A stretch of DNA of 32,000 nt from Crocosphaera subtropica ATCC 51142 (GTDB taxonomy: Bacteria; Cyanobacteriota; Cyanobacteriia; Cyanobacteriales; Microcystaceae): assembly GCF_000017845.1 (NCBI RefSeq), contig NC_010546.1, positions 2,130,001-2,162,000 of the forward strand, in the 5' to 3' direction. This document shows positions 1 through 8,337 of this stretch, one piece after another. Below the pieces are notes generated by a model, which saw nothing but the letters and a program-made list of their open reading frames with translations, was not told where the DNA came from and did no database searches. Numbering within the stretch: position 1 is the first letter of the stretch; every line of letters starts with the position of its first letter. Made by a program: the position numbers and the translations under genes.

Positions 1-3000
1 ATTAACATCGGTTAAACTAATGGAATCACCATCAGGATCACTATCATTGGTAAGTAAAGTAGTTGCTGAAATTGTAACTGGGGTGTTGATATTTGTTGTT
101 ACATTGTCGTCAGCAGCCACAGGATTATTGTTCAAATCTAGAGGTGTATTCTCATAAACCTGAAGATTAGAAAAAATACTTTCTGCTGTTGGGTTAGAAA
201 CATCATGATCATTAGTGAAGGTAAGATAATTCATCTGTCCCGTATAGAACTGTCCTACCTCAATACGGTAATGTTGCCACTGTCCTGTTGATTTTTCATA
301 ATTATCAAATGTTTGATTCCCCCAATTACTTTGGGTGCCATACAATTGGAAGGTCAAATTACTACTAATGCTATTATCATTATCAAAGCCAATGCCTTGA
401 ATTTCTCCTTGTTGGGAACTGAAGAAATCAAACTCTAAAATGGTGTCAGTTGTAACTTGGTAAGGCATAGCAATTTTTTTCCAGCCATTACCTGTAATTC
501 TTAAACTGTTCCCGTCGTCTTCAATCGTTGTGGTTGCGTTGATATCTTGACTACTATCGTAGGATTCAATAACATAATCCTTGAAGGATAAAGTGCCTGT
601 AGGAGAAGGATTATCTACGGCATTAACTGTTAGGTTAACTGTAGCTGTATCTGTCTGTCCGTTTAAATCAGCAACAGTATAGACAAAGCTATCACTTCCA
701 CTAAAATTGGTATCGGGTGTGTAAGTTAGAGTCCCATCTCCATTGTCCACAATTTTCCCATGATCAGGTTGACTAATATTGCTAACAAAAATTAAATCGC
801 CATCAGGATCACTATCATTAGCTAGAACATCAATAACGACCGATTGGTTTTCATTGACTTGTGCTGTATCGTTAACCGCAACAGGCGAAGAATTAGAATC
901 GCCGACAGATGTAGATAAGTTACCAATAAAAACATTATCAATGGCTTGAAATTCACCTAGAGATTGATTAACACCCCATGTAGAAAATCTTACGGCAATA
1001 AATTCATATCCTTTTTCCCCAAAATCAATATTATTCCAACTAAATGTTGTCCAGTCAAAACTATTGTTCCCAATATTACCACTATCCAGCAGTAAGCTTG
1101 CTTCTACAGGAATTGTATCCATAGTAGATGCAATCTTGTCGTCCCATACACTCATAGAAAATGGACCATTAATACCATAAACCTGTAATCTTAAGGTGTT
1201 TGAACCGAGATTAGTTGCATCGAAACTAACAGTTTGCAAACCACGAGTTACACCTTGGTCATTAATAGACTGAACAAGTCTCCCTACACCAGTTTCTTTG
1301 ACGGCATAAGCCCAGCCATTGATAACATCTCGGCCCCACATACCATGATCTTTGTTTTGATACCAACCTTGATTAAACCAGTTGACTGTTACATAGGTCT
1401 GTTTAAAATTTGGATCATCGTTACCAAAATCACTAAATTTAACAACATTTGCATAAGGGCTGTAGTCAACCTCTATTTGTTGAGTATTGGTTACCGTATT
1501 ACCTTGTATATCTGTTACCTTAAGAGTGGCATAGTAAGTGCCTGGTTTATCGTAGCTGTGAGTAGTATAGCGACCAAAATCGTCAATAATTCCATCATTA
1601 TCAAAATCCCAGGCAAAGGAGGCAATAGTATTATCCCCAGCAGTATTAGGATCGTTTTTAGAATCAGTCCATTCAGGAATATAGTCAGGATCTAAAGATG
1701 CACTAGCATCGAAACTTATAGCAAGCCCTCCCTTGGGAGAGTTAGTAAATTCAGCAATTGGAGTTGTATCGGTACTAGGAATTTCAAAGATAGTATTTCC
1801 TTTAATTTCAAAATAAGGTGTTACAGGCGGGTTATTGTTAAAAGGATTTGTTGGTTCAAAAGTTGATAAATTGCCTTCTCGACCTGATGCTGGATAAAGA
1901 TTGTAAATATTATTTTCGAAGATACCTCCTATTAATTGACTTTGATTATACTTAATTTCCGAATTGTAGCCCTGGGAACCAGTTTGAGGTATGGTTGCAC
2001 CAATTTCAAAACCTGAAACGATACTATTATCTATAATAATACTGCGTGCATTTTTATCTGAATTTACACCGACACCCTGAGTTGTCAAGTGATTAGAGTT
2101 GGAGTGATTTCGTGTAATAGGATTATCTGGATCTCCTACAATTAGACTATCTTGCACAGTAATATGAGCAGCATACTGTATGTCAACGCCATGGTGACGT
2201 ACACCCCAAATCTCGAACTCACTAATAACACTCTGTTGATCATGTCTAAGACCAAAATAACCCAATCCGTCATCATCTCTAGAAACGCCCCGAAGTTCAA
2301 TACCGCCTTCGGCGTTATAAACTTTATTACCACGAAAATTAATTAAAGGAACTGCCCAAGACTGAATTTCAGTAGCGTTACCAGCAATCCATTGCAGTTC
2401 TTGAGGAAGAGTAGAAACAGATACAATGGGTTGGGCATGAACATCATTGTGTCCGTAAACAAAAATACCAGAGTCTTTTGTTCCCGTAACAATGTTATCT
2501 TCAAAGCCATTAACCACAGAATAAGGGGTTTCTAACCAAAATCCCATACCTCTAACCCCAAAATCTTTTTGATCTCCTCTGGGTCCTTTAGGTTGCAGAA
2601 GATCCGCTGGAGCATCGGTAACCGCACCAGCCGATTTAATAGCAATATTTCCTCGGAATGTGGCTTGTTCATCTCCATCTTCAGTCACAAAATGAGCGCC
2701 AACAGCATCAAAGGAAACATTATTAGTAACATCAACTCGACTACTATGGACACTTAATGCCCATCCAGGAGTACCCCAAATGGCATTACCATTAACTTCT
2801 GCCGTATCCATATCCATAGAATGAGACATATTGGGATCGTGATGTTCTAGAATTTCGTGAAAATGGATGGGATAACGTGCTTTGGGATTAGTTCCTGTAC
2901 CTGGAATTAAGTTCCCTTCACTATCAAATTGAGGATCATTGAGAACAATATCTTTGTTGGTTCGTCCTAATCCATAAAAACCAGCATTATAAATTTGTGT

Positions 3001-3831
3001 ATCGTGATCCATGAACATGGTGTGTCCCCGTTGAGAAGGGGGAACCTCATTGCCACCTTCGGATTGAAAGACCACATTTCTCGTTAAATTAGCAACATAA
3101 ATATCGAGGCCAAATCCTTCAGGGGTTGTATGATCGAATCTTAGAGCATTTCCATTAACATCATTGTGGCTAAAGGTAATGGTATTTCCATTAATGGATT
3201 CAATGGTTAAAACTTCATCTTGAGTAACACTATTATCTGCGTGAGAACCATTATTATTCCATGCAGTTCCTGTGAGAACAATTTGATCTCCTATTTTCCA
3301 ATTGGTAGGAACAGGTTCAGAAAAAGTGAGTTCTGTTGAACCCGCTAAATGATTATCAGCAAGGGTTACATAACCAGTTTTTTCTTTTCCAAAAATACTA
3401 ACTTTAGCTCCGTCTCCTGCCACTAACCCACGACTGATTTGATGAGGGTCCCAAGTCGTATCAATTTCAGGATTATTGGGATCAACGGGAGCAAAAATGA
3501 TATTGGCTTGAGCTTGAATAGGATTAAACTCAGTCCCCATTTCTAGGGTTCCTGTATTAGAAACCGCAATATAATCAACAATAAGTTGAGTATCAGTATT
3601 TTGTGAAAATGCTAGACTCCCATCCACTCTAACGGTATGAATTCGGGCATCACTTTCTTGATCATAGAAAACTTCTACTCCTTGGGCAATTACCACATCA
3701 GCATTATCATTAGGAATAATTCCATCTTGCCAAGTGTTAGGATCAAACCAGCTTCCATTATTAATAGCAACATGAGTGGCATTACTGTGGGGAACAAGAT
3801 TCAAAAAAGGAGCATGGGTGTGGGTTTCCAT
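1..3831 (-). CDS. Large extracellular multidomain protein, 3'-truncated by the window edge. It has an N-terminal G8 domain plus a right-handed beta-helix region, a PKD domain, and two jelly-roll/CBM-like modules each followed by a cadherin-like (DSDPDGD) domain.
   Basis: Absent from the ORF track because no stop codon lies inside the window. My own reverse-strand translation is open from the TAA at 3966..3964 down to base 1, and the codon phase from the ATG at 3831 ends exactly on base 1. N-terminus: METHTHAPFLNLVPHSNATHVAINNGSWFDPNTWQDGIIPNDNADVVI (G8-type). PKD signature near 1480-1760: FDASASLDPD..FAWDFDNDG..GTYYATLKVTDIQGN. Cadherin-like near 625-880 (PVAVNDTAQVNENQSVVIDVLANDSDPDGD..TYTPDTNFSGSDSFVYTV) and near 1-125 (PVAADDNVTTNINTPVTISATTLLTNDSDPDGDSISL). 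An alternative TTG start lies at 3948. No obvious signal peptide. Confidence 0.85.
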   Translation of the reverse strand, partial: METHTHAPFLNLVPHSNATHVAINNGSWFDPNTWQDGIIPNDNADVVIAQGVEVFYDQESDARIHTVRVDGSLAFSQNTDTQLIVDYIAVSNTGTLEMGTEFNPIQAQANIIFAPVDPNNPEIDTTWDPHQISRGLVAGDGAKVSIFGKEKTGYVTLADNHLAGSTELTFSEPVPTNWKIGDQIVLTGTAWNNNGSHADNSVTQDEVLTIESINGNTITFSHNDVNGNALRFDHTTPEGFGLDIYVANLTRNVVFQSEGGNEVPPSQRGHTMFMDHDTQIYNAGFYGLGRTNKDIVLNDPQFDSEGNLIPGTGTNPKARYPIHFHEILEHHDPNMSHSMDMDTAEVNGNAIWGTPGWALSVHSSRVDVTNNVSFDAVGAHFVTEDGDEQATFRGNIAIKSAGAVTDAPADLLQPKGPRGDQKDFGVRGMGFWLETPYSVVNGFEDNIVTGTKDSGIFVYGHNDVHAQPIVSVSTLPQELQWIAGNATEIQSWAVPLINFRGNKVYNAEGGIELRGVSRDDDGLGYFGLRHDQQSVISEFEIWGVRHHGVDIQYAAHITVQDSLIVGDPDNPITRNHSNSNHLTTQGVGVNSDKNARSIIIDNSIVSGFEIGATIPQTGSQGYNSEIKYNQSQLIGGIFENNIYNLYPASGREGNLSTFEPTNPFNNNPPVTPYFEIKGNTIFEIPSTDTTPIAEFTNSPKGGLAISFDASASLDPDYIPEWTDSKNDPNTAGDNTIASFAWDFDNDGIIDDFGRYTTHSYDKPGTYYATLKVTDIQGNTVTNTQQIEVDYSPYANVVKFSDFGNDDPNFKQTYVTVNWFNQGWYQNKDHGMWGRDVINGWAYAVKETGVGRLVQSINDQGVTRGLQTVSFDATNLGSNTLRLQVYGINGPFSMSVWDDKIASTMDTIPVEASLLLDSGNIGNNSFDWTTFSWNNIDFGEKGYEFIAVRFSTWGVNQSLGEFQAIDNVFIGNLSTSVGDSNSSPVAVNDTAQVNENQSVVIDVLANDSDPDGDLIFVSNISQPDHGKIVDNGDGTLTYTPDTNFSGSDSFVYTVADLNGQTDTATVNLTVNAVDNPSPTGTLSFKDYVIESYDSSQDINATTTIEDDGNSLRITGNGWKKIAMPYQVTTDTILEFDFFSSQQGEIQGIGFDNDNSISSNLTFQLYGTQSNWGNQTFDNYEKSTGQWQHYRIEVGQFYTGQMNYLTFTNDHDVSNPTAESIFSNLQVYENTPLDLNNNPVAADDNVTTNINTPVTISATTLLTNDSDPDGDSISLTDVN

Positions 3832-4058
3832 ATCAGCATCATCACAAATAGACTTACTGTCTAAACGTTCCCCGACTGACTTTAGAATTTGCTCAGGAAA
3901 ATTATCTAATTTTGAGTTGCAAATAGGATGCTTTCTTGGGATATTCAATGTCAGTTGTTTTTCTTAGGTATTAACTCGTAAGCGAGATTAGTTTAAAAAA
4001 GTAAAAATATAGTTAATTCTCCTTTAGGAAGATCAGGAATTTTAAAAGTAGAATTATC

Positions 4059-4086
4059 TTGCTAAGGAATAAATATATGGTAAAAT
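4059..4086 (+). promoter_or_regulatory. Candidate sigma70-type promoter for wzm-wzt
   Basis: TTGCTA (4059-4064), a 16-nt spacer, then an extended -10 TGgTAAAAT (TG at 4078-4079, TAAAAT at 4081-4086). It sits about 140 nt upstream of the wzm ATG. This is a sequence pattern only. Confidence 0.3.
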
Positions 4087-4228
4087 TGTCGCTATATTCT
4101 TGCCCGAAGTTTTTTATGGAAACAGAAGGTAGCAGTTTTATAGTATTTAGTAGACACCCTTGATAGAAATAGTTAACTATTTTTGTGAAACAATTTATTA
4201 TTGTATTTATTTAGTAATCTTTTAAATA

Positions 4229-5080
4229 ATGAAAGCAACATCAATTAGGCATACACCAGAAAGCCAGTTACGTCACCCGAAGCAATTATTCAAGCAGATG
4301 TTTCAGGACTTGTTAGCCTCTCGTGAACTTGCCTGGCAACTATTAATTAGAGATATTAATGCTCAGTACCGTCAGTCGTTGCTTGGGGTTTTTTGGGCGT
4401 TTTTACCACCTATTGTCACAGCCGGAGGTATGGTTATGGCAAATGAGGCTAAAGTAATTAGTATTGGTGCAACTGACATACCTTATCCAGCTTATGTTAT
4501 GTTTAGCATGGCTTTATGGCAAACTTTTGTCGAAGCATTAAACGGGCCAATTGTAGCGGTGACAAAAGCTAAAATGATGTTAGCTAAAATAAATTTTCCT
4601 CGTGAGGCCATTATTCTCTCTCAGGTGGGACAAGTCTTTTTTAACTTTACGCTCAAGCTTATTCTGATTATTGGATTATTTATTTGGTTTAAAATTCCTG
4701 TTACTTGGACGATTGTTATTGCACCTGTCGCTTTAATCCACCTAGTTATATTAGGCACAGCAATAGGATTATTATTAGCTCCCTTTGGCGCACTTTATCA
4801 AGACTTTTCTAAAGGACTGGTTATGATAACTGGATTCTGGTTATTTTTAACCCCGGTGGTATTTCCTGTTCCTGCTAAAAGTGGCCTATTTGGAACATTA
4901 GTCAATCTTAATCCAGTTACTCCCTTATTAGTCACTACAAGGGAATTGGCAACTACAGGTATAATATCCAATCCTCAAGGGTTTTGGATTGCTAGCGGAT
5001 TAGCAATAGTTGGTCTATTATTGGTATGGATCGTCTATCGTGTTTCCATGCCTTTTGTAATTGAGAGGATGAGTTCTTAA
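4229..5080 (+). CDS. wzm: ABC-2 type polysaccharide/O-antigen export permease
   Basis: 283-aa polytopic membrane protein of the ABC-2 (Wzm/KpsM/TagG) type. Its stop overlaps the ATPase gene start (TAATG, 5078-5082). Confidence 0.85.
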   Translation: MKATSIRHTPESQLRHPKQLFKQMFQDLLASRELAWQLLIRDINAQYRQSLLGVFWAFLPPIVTAGGMVMANEAKVISIGATDIPYPAYVMFSMALWQTFVEALNGPIVAVTKAKMMLAKINFPREAIILSQVGQVFFNFTLKLILIIGLFIWFKIPVTWTIVIAPVALIHLVILGTAIGLLLAPFGALYQDFSKGLVMITGFWLFLTPVVFPVPAKSGLFGTLVNLNPVTPLLVTTRELATTGIISNPQGFWIASGLAIVGLLLVWIVYRVSMPFVIERMSS

Positions 5081-6393
5081 TGACCGATCATATAACGAAG
5101 GAAAAACTATCAACTAACTCCCAAGATAAAGACATTGTTCTTTCCGTTAAAGGAGTTTCTAAGAAGTTTTGTCGTAGCTTAAAACGCTCATTATTTTATG
5201 GCGTTCAAGATATTGCGGGTGAACTATTAGGTATTCGTGGCGAAAAAAACGAACTTCGTCATAAAGAATTCTGGGCTTTAAGCGATGTTAGTTTTGATTT
5301 ACGTCGAGGAGAAACAATCGGTTTAGTGGGAAAAAATGGTAGTGGAAAAACAACGTTGCTAAGGATAATTGCTGGATTAATTAAACCGGATGCGGGTTAT
5401 GTTGATGTATATGGAATAGTAGCACCATTGATTGCTTTAGGAGCCGGATTTAATCCTATTTTGACAGGAAAAGAGAATATTTATGCTAATATGTCAATCT
5501 TAGGATTATCTAAAAAAGAAATAGATGAGAGATTTGATGAAGTAATAGATTTTGCTGAAATTGAAGATGCTATTGATGCCCCTGTGCAAACTTATAGTTC
5601 CGGTATGGCAGCTCGTTTAGGTTTTGCAAGTGCTATTTACACTGAACCAGAAATTCTCTTAGTAGATGAAGTTTTAGCGGTTGGAGATAGTAAGTTTCGG
5701 GGAAAATGTTTCCAAAAACTTCATGATCTTCGTCAAAAAGGGACTACATTTTTATTAGTTAGTCATGATTCTCATACAGTTTTGACCGTCTGTGAAAGAG
5801 CAGTGTATTTACAAAAAGGGGAATTAATAGAAGTAGGAGATACCCAATCAGTCATTACTCACTATGAAAAAGATTTATTTTTAAATGTTACTGAATCTCC
5901 CTCAAAAAATCATCCCATAAAATCTATTAACACTAATCAACAATTTGCTATTACTTCAATATTTTTTAGAAACGAAGATGACGAAATTATTGATGTTCCC
6001 ACTACAGGGGAACCTACATATTTATGTGTAACTTGTCAAGTTAAAGAAACACTAACCAATGTTGGGTTGACCTTTTCTATTAAAGGCATGGCTGAGGGGG
6101 GCGACCAAGTTTTACTCATGAATAGCTTACATGATGAACGATCTTTGAGCTTTTCATCTGGTAAACAGGAAGTGAGACTAGAAATGCCTTATCTGGGATT
6201 AAAATTAGGAGCTTATGTTCTAGATGTTTATGCAAAAAGAGATGGACTTTATCATCTTGATTCTGTAGAAGATTACAGATTTCAAGTTAAAGCGACAAAA
6301 AGCATGAATCGATGTTTATTTTATCAGCCTAGATCATGGAAAGTTTTACAAAGTTATCAAGATTTAAAACTAAATGACGAGAAAACAGAATAG
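5080..6393 (+). CDS. wzt: Polysaccharide/O-antigen ABC transporter ATP-binding protein with a C-terminal Wzt_C-like glycan-binding extension
   Basis: Walker A GKNGSGKTTLL, signature YSSGMAARLGFA, Walker B ILLVDEVLAVGD. A C-terminal extension of about 170 aa beyond the ATPase (FAITSIFFRNEDDEIIDV...YRFQVK) matches the beta-sandwich carbohydrate-binding domain typical of Wzt. Confidence 0.85.
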   Translation: MTDHITKEKLSTNSQDKDIVLSVKGVSKKFCRSLKRSLFYGVQDIAGELLGIRGEKNELRHKEFWALSDVSFDLRRGETIGLVGKNGSGKTTLLRIIAGLIKPDAGYVDVYGIVAPLIALGAGFNPILTGKENIYANMSILGLSKKEIDERFDEVIDFAEIEDAIDAPVQTYSSGMAARLGFASAIYTEPEILLVDEVLAVGDSKFRGKCFQKLHDLRQKGTTFLLVSHDSHTVLTVCERAVYLQKGELIEVGDTQSVITHYEKDLFLNVTESPSKNHPIKSINTNQQFAITSIFFRNEDDEIIDVPTTGEPTYLCVTCQVKETLTNVGLTFSIKGMAEGGDQVLLMNSLHDERSLSFSSGKQEVRLEMPYLGLKLGAYVLDVYAKRDGLYHLDSVEDYRFQVKATKSMNRCLFYQPRSWKVLQSYQDLKLNDEKTE

Positions 6394-6460
6394 ACATCTC
6401 CATAATTTAATAAAATCAAGAAATATAGTATAATAAAATGAATAATTAGTTCAAAAAAGA

Positions 6461-7505
6461 ATGGAAACTTACACTTGGAGCTATCTAAAAAAATATCCTA
6501 AACAAACCAAAAGATTATTAGGAATTGATGACAATCAATTGGAACAATTGATTGCTCTAGGGAAGCTTCTTCATCAGAAAAAAAAAGAAGAGAACGAAAA
6601 AACAAAAATTAGAATTAATCAACCTGGTGCGGGAAGTCCATCTTTATTAGCAGAAGAAGAACAAATTGTTCTAACGTTAGTTTATTTAAGACATAATATA
6701 AGTTTTCAACTCTTAGGACTACTTTTTCAAGTAAGTGAGTCAACGGCTCATAATATTTTTACTTATTGGCAAACACTTTTTGAAGGAGAGTTACCACCAA
6801 GTTTATTAGAACAAATAAAAAAGTTTCAAGAAGAAAAAGAAATAGTTCTTGAAATGTTAACTGATTATGAATTGATTGTAGACAGCGCAGAACAGGCTAT
6901 TGAAAGACCTTCAGATTATCAAGAACAAAAAAAATATTATTGCGGTGCGACCCCGGCGATTCGTAATCGCCTAGGGAACGCGCACCAAGAGACAGGGTAA
7001 GCAGAAAAGACATACTTTAAAAAGTCAATTCGTTGTCTTGCCAAAAGCTGAAGATATTATTGATGTAGTAATTGGAAAACCTGGGCCGACAAGTGACATT
7101 AACATCTGTCGGCAAACTTTAAATAAATTCAAGATAAACCAAACTTTTAGTGCTGATAAAGCCTACATTGGAGAGACTCAAATTATCACTCCGCATAAAA
7201 AAACTAAGAAAAGAGAATTAACTGAAGCTCAAATAAAAGAAAATAAAGCTTTATCATCTAATCGGATTTTTGTTGAGCATTTAATTCGAGTTGTCAAAGT
7301 ATTTAAAGTAGTTCAAGAAAGATTTCGCTTACATAAGAGTCGATATAAATCGGTTTTGTTAACCGTTTGTGGATTAGTTCGGTTGAGAATTAGTTCCTTG
7401 ATTTTGAAAATAATAGAATCCTCCCAATCTGGAGAGGTAATTGACGTTATAATGAGCCATAGTTTTATGTCCAAATTAGAGTTAATTCCTTCAACCCCTT
7501 ATTAA
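6461..7505 (+). mobile_element. IS element transposase gene (IS5-family / DDE_Tnp_4, Harbinger-like), split into two ORFs (6461..7000 and 6996/7038..7505) by a 52-nt insertion. Ends of the IS are not defined.
   Basis: The N-terminal HTH_Tnp_4-like region has LTLVYLRHNISFQLLGLLFQVSESTAHNIF. DDE residue contexts are IVDSAEQ, FSADKAY and NRIFVEHLI. The conserved YY.GK.KRHTLK motif is broken between YYCG (6935-6946) and KQKRHTLKSQ (6999-7028). I could not identify convincing terminal inverted repeats in 6394-6460 or 7506-7568. Confidence 0.8.
6944..6998 (+). repeat. GC-rich nested-hairpin mini-insertion (about 49 nt plus a duplicated GGT) inside the transposase gene
   Basis: GGTGCG (6944-6949) pairs with CGCACC (6981-6986). 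CCC (6952-6954) pairs with GGG (6974-6976). GGCGATT (6955-6961) pairs with AATCGCC (6965-6971) around a CGT triloop. About 60% GC in a roughly 30% GC context. Flanked by GGT at 6944-6946 and 6996-6998. It shifts the frame by +1 and brings in TAA at 6998-7000. Confidence 0.8.
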
Positions 7506-7568
7506 TTCGTTCTGAAGGCTAATTTTGACTTCAAGTTTAATCTGCCTGTTTTCATTGCTGTAACTGGG

Positions 7569-8228
7569 TTATGGATTCTTGGAGATGTCTAATCTGTGAA
7601 AGAGAAACGAAGAAATAAGAAAGATAATTTTAAGCACAAGTATCATTGGTACTAAACCATATCCAATAATACCGTTGCCTAAGTCTTGCGGCTTCAAGGG
7701 TAGATACTTGGACATAGAATTCAATTGATAACCGACTGTCCCTAAATAACCTTCTAACCAATCTAGACGATCAATAACAAATCCACTGGCTGAAAACAAC
7801 TCACGCAATCCAAACTGAGTATATCTATAAAAATCGTACGGTTGTTCATGTTCTTCGTAAAATAATGGTCCAGAATAAATCATTTTACCTCCAGGTTTAA
7901 GAACTCTATTGAGTTCAATTAAAACTGATTTTGGATCAGGTAAATGTTCCATAACCTGATTAAAGATAATAAAATCGAATCGACAGTCTTCTACCGGAAT
8001 TTTCTCTAAATTACAAACATATGTTGTTTTAGCATAAGTTTTATTGACTTGCTCAAAATCAGCTGATTCATATTGAGCATGAGTGAACAAACTTTTGTAA
8101 GGAGAACTACCAGAGCCAGCATCCAAAACTAAGGCATCTTTTGGTACCGTCTTAGCAAAAGCTGAATTTTCTTCCCAAAGTCGGTAGCGAGAAGAATTAA
8201 ATTCTACTAATCGTTTAAAATAGCTCAT
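7569..8228 (-). CDS. Class I SAM-dependent methyltransferase with a C-terminal membrane anchor
   Basis: Motif I VLDAGSGSSPY, post-I/II region FDFIIFNQVMEHLPD, LKPGGKMIY, and a hydrophobic tail GIIGYGLVPMILVLKIIFLISSFLF. Confidence 0.8.
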   Translation of the reverse strand: MSYFKRLVEFNSSRYRLWEENSAFAKTVPKDALVLDAGSGSSPYKSLFTHAQYESADFEQVNKTYAKTTYVCNLEKIPVEDCRFDFIIFNQVMEHLPDPKSVLIELNRVLKPGGKMIYSGPLFYEEHEQPYDFYRYTQFGLRELFSASGFVIDRLDWLEGYLGTVGYQLNSMSKYLPLKPQDLGNGIIGYGLVPMILVLKIIFLISSFLFHRLDISKNP

Positions 8229-8337
8229 TTTAGACTTTTGCTTTACTTAAGTGAGTACACAAAATTAATTATACTATAATAGTAATTCTCAGACTCATGA
8301 GGTATGGTTAAAAAAATTCCTAAATCTGAAGACTGAT

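Noticed and set aside
1234-3967. Track ORFs 1234..1695(+), 2142..2333(-), 2152..2346(+), 2569..2757(+), 3637..3864(+) and 3776..3967(+)
   Set aside because: All lie inside or antisense to the long open minus-strand frame of the G8/PKD/cadherin-like gene. Their translations are low-complexity, Ile/Asn/Ser-rich shadow products with no recognisable motifs.
4128-4135. GGTAGCAG upstream of wzm, resembling the ops/JUMPStart core (GGCGGTAG) of enterobacterial polysaccharide operons
   Set aside because: Only a partial match (GGTAG). The RfaH/ops system is not known from cyanobacteria, and a chance occurrence is expected.
6927-6946. A8 run (6927-6934) followed by a strong hairpin, considered as a programmed -1 ribosomal frameshift site joining the two transposase ORFs
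   Set aside because: ORF2 is in the +1 frame, not the -1 frame, relative to ORF1. The +1 frame contains a TAG at 6972-6974 inside the hairpin, so slippage at the A-run cannot produce a fusion protein.
6944-6987. tRNA-like reading of the GC-rich insert (GGCGA-TTCGTAA-TCGCC resembles a T-arm; the 3' side ends ...GCACCA)
   Set aside because: There is no D-arm or anticodon arm. The T-loop lacks the conserved A58 position. The spacing between the 'T-arm' and the 'acceptor' strand is wrong. It is better described as a nested hairpin, and at most it is tRNA-derived.
6394-7568. Terminal inverted repeats and target-site duplication of the IS element
   Set aside because: I compared 6394-6460 with the reverse complement of 7506-7568 by eye. 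I found only weak matches (AATTAG- and AATGAA-centred), so the IS boundaries are left undefined rather than guessed.
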